DNA from: Eledone cirrhosa
Taxonomy: Eukaryota
Assembly: GCA_964016885.1 (NCBI GenBank)
Contig: OZ024741.1
Span: 215,636,001-215,700,000, forward strand
Reading direction: 5' to 3'
DNA: 64,000 nucleotides
Shown here: positions 56,603 to 64,000 of the stretch, one piece after another
How positions within the stretch are numbered: the stretch's first letter is position 1
Layout: each line of letters opens with the position of its first letter
The notes under the pieces: generated by a model
Database searches by the model: none
The model's input: only the letters and a program-made list of their open reading frames with translations
What the model was told of the DNA's origin: nothing
Position numbers and translations under genes: made by a program

Positions 56603-57318
56603 TTATGATGATGTTAAGATGAAAAATAATTCACTTTAGTTGAGGTCATGACCCTTTGAAAGGAATGGTTGAAAGGTGTTAATAACAGAATTGCCATAAA
56701 AAATCTATTAGGAAGAAAGGGATTGTCAAATTGATAGTTGAATGTATCTGGTATAGTGAAGTTTAAAAGGAATGTAAAAATTAAATGTTGAGTTGTGTTG
56801 TATGGAATTTTTAGGTGAATATAAATTAAGGTCATGGCTAGGAAAGATAGTATATTAAAAAATGAAAATTATAATAAGATAATGAAATACAGAAATACAA
56901 TAATATAATATAATGTAACACAATATAGTACGGTGTGGTAAATTGTACTTAGTATAATACAGCGTATGATACGCCTTAAAATACTTTCAAGTATGTCTAT
57001 GTATAAATAATGAAACTCAGATAAATACATGTTGACAGAGTCAAAACGCATAAATTTCATAGATCACAAAGTGCATATACACACATTATAGATAGATGTA
57101 TAGTTATATTGATACTCAACTAAAAATATACATACACATAAATAGATGCAAATATATACATACATCTACACATGTGCAAACAATCATATACACATATCTC
57201 TCTCTCTCTATATATACACTTACATATACACACCTATACACACATACATATATATATATGTATGTACACACACATATATGTACACACACACATATAAACA
57301 CTCATACACATATACTCG

Positions 57319-57392
<74 letters not shown>

Positions 57393-57590
57393 ACGAAGGA
57401 AATGTGGTAAGGAACCAGGTGGACCATAACGCACCAAAGTACTCAATACTTGAGGTAGTAGAGTGGGTAATAGGAACCAGTAAGACCCCGACAGCTGAGC
57501 TCAAGCCGTTTCGACGGCTAATTCTGGAATTAGCCGTCCAGAATTAGCCGTCGAAACGGCTTGAGCTCAGCTGTCGGGGTCTTACTGGTT

Positions 57591-57629
<39 letters not shown>

Positions 57630-57835
57630 CCATATCATACATACATAGATACATATTTACTCATGCAATTACGGGAGGTTGTGTACCTGGTTGTCCATAG
57701 TCATTAACGCATAAATCTAAGGAAGCTAAAACATTAAAAGGTAAGAAATAAGCATGAATGCGTATAATTAGGGGAAAGGGATACTAACAAATGTTATGCC
57801 ATATAGAATTATAGTGAGTTGCTATTTAGAATATT

Positions 57836-59450
57836 TAATTAGGTTTATAGTATTTAAATGTTTTTCGTATACGGTGATTACAAACTATAATCAGGTCCTG
57901 TCTTTTATTCAATAAATCGTCCTTAGATTTAGTAATTCCCAAGATCTCCCTTGAACATAACTTGCATTCTCTCCTGTTCCAAAGATATGGAGTTCTTTGT
58001 AGAATGGTTTTCCATGATAGCTTGAAATCTATGTTTTTCTTTTTATAGTTATTTACTGCTTCAGCTAAAGATGTGGTGATAGCTAGTTTAGTATTGTTAA
58101 AACTATAGAGTGTTCGTAAAATCTTTTCTTAAATGTGTTTGATGTAGATCCTATATATGTTTTGTTGGAGTCACTAGTTGACACAGTGCATTTATATATT
58201 ACATTATTAATCAAACAGTTGCCATTCAAGGGGCAAATGCTTCTATTTCTGCAATTACAACCATATGTAAGATGGTTGTTGGGGGGTATCTATACCATTC
58301 TCATTAATCCTTGAGCTATTCCTATTGTAATTAATGTTAGCGGGAGAGTGAAGGTTGCTTTGTGGGTGGTTTGGTGCTAGGGTTGTATTGTGACTTTGTG
58401 TTCTGTTGTTTTTGTGCTGGTGATTTGGGTGGTTGTGTTTTCCAGGTTGAAGGATTGTATTATTTGTCCTTTTAAAAGGTGCAGTCCTATTTAAATTATG
58501 TTGTGGTGGTGTGGTCATATTAGTTTTAATTTTATAAATGTTGTAGTTCCTTTTTTTTTGCTGGAGTTTGTTTGATTTAGAGTATGAGAATTTAACAGTA
58601 TATCTGTTAAATATTTGGTGGTATCTGTGGTTTGTTGGAAAATTCTTATGTAGAATTTCGAAAAATTTTGTGGGGATTTGTCCAATAGTTTGCAGTGTGA
58701 AGGGTGCCTTGTACCATGTTATGTTTCTTTTTCGGTTTTTAGTTAAGTTCTTATTACCACTTATATTATTGTGCTGTGTTCTAGAAGAATTCCTATGGTT
58801 AGTGTTCGTATTTGTGGAATTTGGTAAACTACCGTGGTTGTATTTGGTTTTATTATTGGGTAGATTATGAGATTTTGAATGCTTGGTATTCATATGTGGG
58901 TTGATAACATTATATCATGTAGTAATAGTTGTTGTGGTTTTTCGGTTGTTTGGTGTAATAGGATTACCCCTTTAAGTATTTGTTTCAATGGTATTTTTTG
59001 GTGTTTGTAGTTTTTGCTAGGTTTTATATTTTCGTCCATAGTAGTGTTGGGGATATATGAGATGTTTTCTTTATATCCACTTCTAGTTAAGGCCTCGTTG
59101 TAGAAGGGTGCATTATTATAAAATATATCTTAATTGGAAGATAATTTAGAAAGTCTAAGAGATATGTTATATACTAAGTTTTTGAGTATAAAGCCAGGGT
59201 AGTTAGAGCGTGAATGTACATAGTGTAGATTCTGGTTGAGTTTGTGGTACGGGTGATAAATATTCGTAGAGAGGCCTAAGGCAAGGAAATTAGCTACTTT
59301 TGAAGCGTTTTCAAAGGTGATATTAAGGTTGTAGTAGTCCTTGAGGAATTTTCTAATTTGTTTTTTGTTTTTCTCTATATTGGAATTGCTAAGATTGTTA
59401 GATAACAATAGACAATCATCCCGATAAAGACCACCTTTGAGGTGGGGAAA
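57836..59450 (-). pseudogene. PLE RT (partial) plus GIY-YIG relic
   Basis: GGLYRDDCL; YHPYHK..YVHSRSNYP; RKRNITWYKAPF; NFPTNHRYHQIFNRYTVKFSYS; GCNCRNRSICPLNGNCLINNVIYKCTV..TYIGSTSNTFKKRFYEH; ECKLC. Confidence 0.85.
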
Positions 59451-59465
59451 AGAAGAATAACATTA

Positions 59466-59609
59466 TTATTGCTTTTGACAACAGCTGGTGATATGCATGT
59501 AAGTAAATATTCTCTTTATCTGATATTTTGTAACTAAGCTTACATAGATCGATATCGAAGTATAGTTACGATGTACTATCATCACCTAGAAACGATCGTA
59601 AAGCAGTGA
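59466..59609 (+). ncRNA. Type I HHR, U3-A8 variant (inverted-arm copy)
   Basis: Mirror of 55168-55311, with a few substitutions in the helix II domain. Confidence 0.7.
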
Positions 59610-60072
59610 AGTATATTTCTAATGACTTGATTTTTTATTTCATTGTTTTAACTTATATATATATATATATATAACAAAGAAAGTGTGGTAAAAAACCAGG
59701 TGGACCATAACGCACCAGTTTACTCGATGCTTAGAGTAGTAGAGTGGGTAATAGGAAAAGAGTCAGGACCCTGGTTTAGTTCGGATCAAGCTGTCGAAAC
59801 GGTCGGAGCTCAGCCGTCGGGTTCCTGAATATTTTCCTATATATATATATATATAGGAAAATATTCGGTTTCAACACACGTTTTCAATTAAAGAATCTTG
59901 CTAAACAAATTCAGAAACAAATTCAGAAACTAAAGGGCCGTAAGTCTATGCTTCAAAGCATGGTGTCCGACCCTCTACCGATACTGCCAATCAACTTAAT
60001 TTTTAATATATTGAATTCTCTTATATCTATTAACATTAGTTTCTTGGTTTAACGATTATCTTACACAAAGTT

Positions 60073-60228
60073 GAGGTGACGAATTGGTGGAGTCGTTAGA
60101 ATATCGGATTGAATGCTTTGCCGTACTCGTTCTGTCTCTTTGGTCTCTGAGTTTAAATTCCGCCGAGGTCAACTTTACCTTTCATCCATTCGAGGTCGAT
60201 AAAAAAAAGTACCAGTCTAGTACTGGAG
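60073..60228 (+). mobile_element. tRNA-derived SINE
   Basis: Head plus gagtttaaattccgccgaggtcaactttacctttcatcc core. Confidence 0.65.
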
Positions 60229-60409
60229 TGGGTTCTTCCTCTATACCTATTTCTCACTTCCTCTCTCTCATTCTCTTTCCTTCTCTAAGAGAAATCTGCT
60301 GTGTTCAAACCTGGAGAGGAGATAGTCTCCGCCAGGCTTAAAATTCCCACTAACTGCCCTATGCTACCGCGGCGCCCCTACATCTCTCAATCGGGAGTCA
60401 TAGAACTAA

Positions 60410-60491
60410 AGACGACCCAATGGGCCGGAGGGTTGAGACGACCCAATGGACCAGAGGGTTAAGACGACCCAATGGACCAGAGGGTTAAGAC
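60410..60491. repeat. 26-bp tandem repeat, 3 copies
   Basis: agacgacccaatggaccagagggtta. Confidence 0.85.
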
Positions 60492-61532
60492 GGACGATTC
60501 ACAATCATTAGGTCACGGGTTCGACAACCACTGTATAGCTTCTTGGGGAAGTGTTATTTACCATAACCTTCGTTCGTCCCATGCCTTGGAAATGAATTGG
60601 GTAGACGGAATCTGATTTGAAGTCATTCAAATGGGCTGTACATGTAATTCAAAGGACCTGTCTTCTCACACACTGCGTCACGCTGAAACATCATGAGAGT
60701 TAGGTTAAGGGTACACGTGAGTGTAGACTGCTCGGTCACTTACACATTAATTTAATGAGCAGTCTATTCCGTTGATCTCACATCCTGGACATTCATCGTC
60801 GAATCCGACGGAGACGGATATCCATTCAAATTCTAAATTAAGGTTCCAATTTTTCCTTCTTTAACCTATTTCCGCTTCCAATGACAATTGCTTCACTAAC
60901 CGCCAGCCTCTCGATTTATCCAAGCATAAATTGAGTTTATTTCATCCCTAGAGGTACCTTAGTAATTAAAACATTTACACATGTACTAAATTAATTCTCA
61001 ATACCGGAGAGTAAATTGTAGAAATGAATTTTCTAAATAGAAAAATGCCAGTGATTTCGAAGTTTCAGCGTACACGTGTCCCCTGTTCTGTGTGTGTGTG
61101 TGTGTGTGTTTTTTTAAACATTGATTTCTTATTTAAGCCCAAGGCCGGCAAATTTGGGGGAAGAGTAAAGTTGGCTAAAGCAACCCCAGTACGTAAAATA
61201 ACGTCTCACTCAAGTCTAAAGTCTGTCGTTAGCCCGGAGGTTCATCTGGCGTTAAGCGAGTGAGAATGCAAGATGATACCCTAGACAGGACATCAGTTTA
61301 TTACCGGGTTAAAACTCTACCATCCGGTAGTACACATTTTCAGCTGTTTATACTGGCGCAAAGTGAAATGCAGTGTTATTTTGTCAAGACAACACACAAC
61401 CCAGTCCAGGAATCGACCAATGATATTATGATCAAAAGTCAACACACTTACCACTAGGCTACACGCCACCACAACAGAGGAATATTTAATCAAAATTGCT
61501 GACCATGTGCTTATATTAGAAAATGATATTGT

Positions 61533-63146
61533 TTTAAAACAGAGATCAGGGAACACATATTACACTTTGCCGCAACTGGGTACATATCAACTGGTGCGGT
61601 ATTTTAAAACAGAGACCTGGGAACACATATTACACTTTGCCGCAACTGGGTACATACCAACTGGTGCAGTGTATTAAAACAGAGATCAGGGAACACATAT
61701 TACACTTTGCCACAACTGGGTACATACCAACTGGTGCAGTGTATTAAAACAGAGATCAGGGAACACATATTACACTTTGCCGCAACTGGGTACATATCAA
61801 CCGGTCCAGTGTTTTAAAACAGAGATCAGGGAACACATATTACACTTTGCCGCAACTGGGTACATATCAACTGGTGCATGTTTTAAAACAGAGATCAGGG
61901 AACACATATTACTCTTTGCCGCAACTGGGTACATATCAACTGGTCCAGTGTATTAAAACAGAGACCAGGGAACACATATTACACTTTGCCGCAACTGGGT
62001 ACATATCAACCGGTGCAGTGTTTTAAAACAGAGATCAGGGAACACATATTACACTTTGCCGCAACTGGGTACATATCAACTGGTGCATGTTTTAAAACAG
62101 AGATCAGGGAACACATATTACACTTTTCCGCAACTGGGTACATATCAACTGGTGCGGTGTATTAAAACAGAGACCAGGGAACACATATTACTCTTTGCCG
62201 CAACTGAGTACATATAAACTGGTGCGGTGTATTAAAACAGAGATCAGGGAACACATATTACACTTTGCCGCAACTGGGTACATATAAACTAGTGCAGTGT
62301 ATTAAAACAGAGATCAGGGAACACATATTACACTTTGCCGCAACTGGGTACATATCAACTGGTGCAGTGTATTAAAACAGAGATCAGGGAACACATATTA
62401 CACTTTGCCGCAACTGGGTACATATAAACTGGTGCGGTGTTTTAAAACAGAGACCAGGGAACACATATTACACTTTGCCGCAACTGGGTACATATCAACC
62501 GGTGCAGTGTTTTAAAACAGAGATCAGGGAACACATATTACACTTTGCCGCAACTGGGTACATATAAACTAGTGCAGTGTTTTAAAACAGAGACCTGGGA
62601 ACACATATTACACTTTGCCGCAACTGGGTACATATAAACTAGTGCAGTGTTTTAAAACAGAGACCTGGGAACACATATTACACTTTACCGCAACTGGGTA
62701 CATATAAACTAGTGCAGTGTTTTAAAACAGAGACCTGGGAACACATATTACACTTTGCCGCAACTGGGTACATATAAACTAGTGCAGTGTTTTAAAACAG
62801 AGACCTGGAAACACATATTACACTTTGCCGCAACTGGGTACATATAAACTGGTGCAGTGTATTAAAACAGAGATCAGGGAACACATATTACACTTTGCCG
62901 CAACTGGGTACATATCAACTGGTGCAGTGTTTTAAAACAGAGACCTGGGAACACATATTACACTTTGCCGCAACTGGGTACATATAAACTGGTGCGGTGT
63001 ATTAAAACAGAGATCAGGGAACACATATTACACTTTGCCGCAACTGGGTACATATCAACTGGTGCAGTGTTTTAAAACAGAGACCTGGGAACACATATTA
63101 CACTTTGCCGCAACTGAGTACATATCAACTGGTGCAGTGTATTAAA
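61533..63146. repeat. 70-bp minisatellite, about 23 copies
   Basis: Unit aaaacagagatcagggaacacatattacactttgccgcaactgggtacatatcaactggtgcagtgt(a/t)tt, with no unique spacers. Confidence 0.95.
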
Positions 63147-64000
63147 AAAAAACATGTTTTACAAAATATCCTATTGCTTAACATAATTCATACGTGTAAT
63201 TTCCCAGGATAAAAAAAAATGTCTCAAACGATATATAAGCTAGTTTTTCCATTGAAGTTATTTCACTATTGATATTAATATTGTCTAATATTTGTCTAAT
63301 AAAGTCAGTTTTGTTGCTACTAAAGTAATAATTCATACTTACTTCTTTTAAGTTGACTATCATCTCATATTTACATATTTCGCTACTCTCTCATTTCTCT
63401 ATATAACTTTATTATTCATGAATGCACAATCATTATCTGATACTCCAAAGTTATTGATGTAGTTATTATTATTACAATTATTCCAAGTTTGCTCAGTTTT
63501 TAGAGTAGTGTTGATATTTAATCTTCCAATCAAGTCAAATGACCTCAGATTGAAAGCACTTTGCGCAGAATGTTCACAATTCCCAACAAAACAGATTTTT
63601 GCAGAGTAGTTATATTTGGTGAAATGCCAATTTCCTTCAAATAACATTCTAAGTTTTTGGTGACTGACCCTAATGCTCTTGTCAATAATGGTATCATTTT
63701 CGTGTTTCTGTCCCACACCCTAGCAATTTAGACTATTATCATTGTTGCTGTTGTGGTTGATGTTGTTGTTGTTGGGGCGTAGGATTGGTATAATTTTTAC
63801 AATGTCGTATGAAATATTTTGCGATTTTTAGTTCTGAGTTCAAATTATCGCTGTTTTATACTTTCATGGGATCGCTATTTTATACTTTCATGGGATCGCT
63901 AAAATACAGTGACAGGTAAGTACTAGAGTGTGTGTGTGTGACAACTCACACCTATGCAGGTTTAGCTGGCCTCCTCCAAGGTATATCTCGCTGGAGGTGT

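Larger units (their letters stand above)
54985..59657 (-). mobile_element. 5'-truncated Naiad-like PLE (second family) with inverted arm, interrupted by later insertions
   Basis: 59462-59657 is the reverse complement of about 55119-55315. The coding relic spans 57836-59450. Confidence 0.8.

Noticed and set aside
47500-59450. Selenocysteine recoding, as reported for some Naiad PLEs
   Set aside because: The conserved Cys positions I could read in the endonuclease regions are TGT/TGC (one is mutated to TAC), and the in-frame stops I checked are TAA, not TGA.
61533-63146. CRISPR-like regular array
   Set aside because: The units are contiguous and near-identical with no unique spacers, there are no cas genes, and the context is eukaryotic.
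63178-63716. Two minus-strand ORFs as a possible host exon
   Set aside because: They are separated by a stop and a frame change, and I recognise no domain; a homology search would be needed.

Overview
AT-rich, microsatellite-saturated eukaryotic DNA. The SINE families and the (TA)n density suggest a cephalopod, probably Octopus; this is inference. I found no convincing host exon, and almost all listed ORFs are translations of simple repeats. The window is dominated by Penelope-like retroelements (PLEs) inserted into (TA)n tracts. These include one nearly full-length Naiad-like element with a 1.8-kb inverted arm (46841-52349), a second 5'-truncated Naiad-like element (about 54985-59657), several GIY-YIG fragments, and many short fold-back (tail-out inverted repeat) inserts. 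Reading these inserts by eye reveals more than 20 type I hammerhead ribozyme (HHR) motifs from at least a dozen different families. Most have a palindromic helix III, and four families use the rarer U3-A8 core (UUGANAA). Four non-coding tandem elements with units of about 300, 520, 538 and 591 bp carry roughly one HHR per unit, and three of them have a clear PLE-type inverted arm. They look like retrozymes: non-autonomous ribozyme retroelements, possibly with circular RNA intermediates, that use PLE machinery. RTE and R4-type LINE relics, tRNA-derived SINEs, two non-autonomous Helitrons and a 70-bp minisatellite are also present. All RNA structures were paired by hand, not computed.
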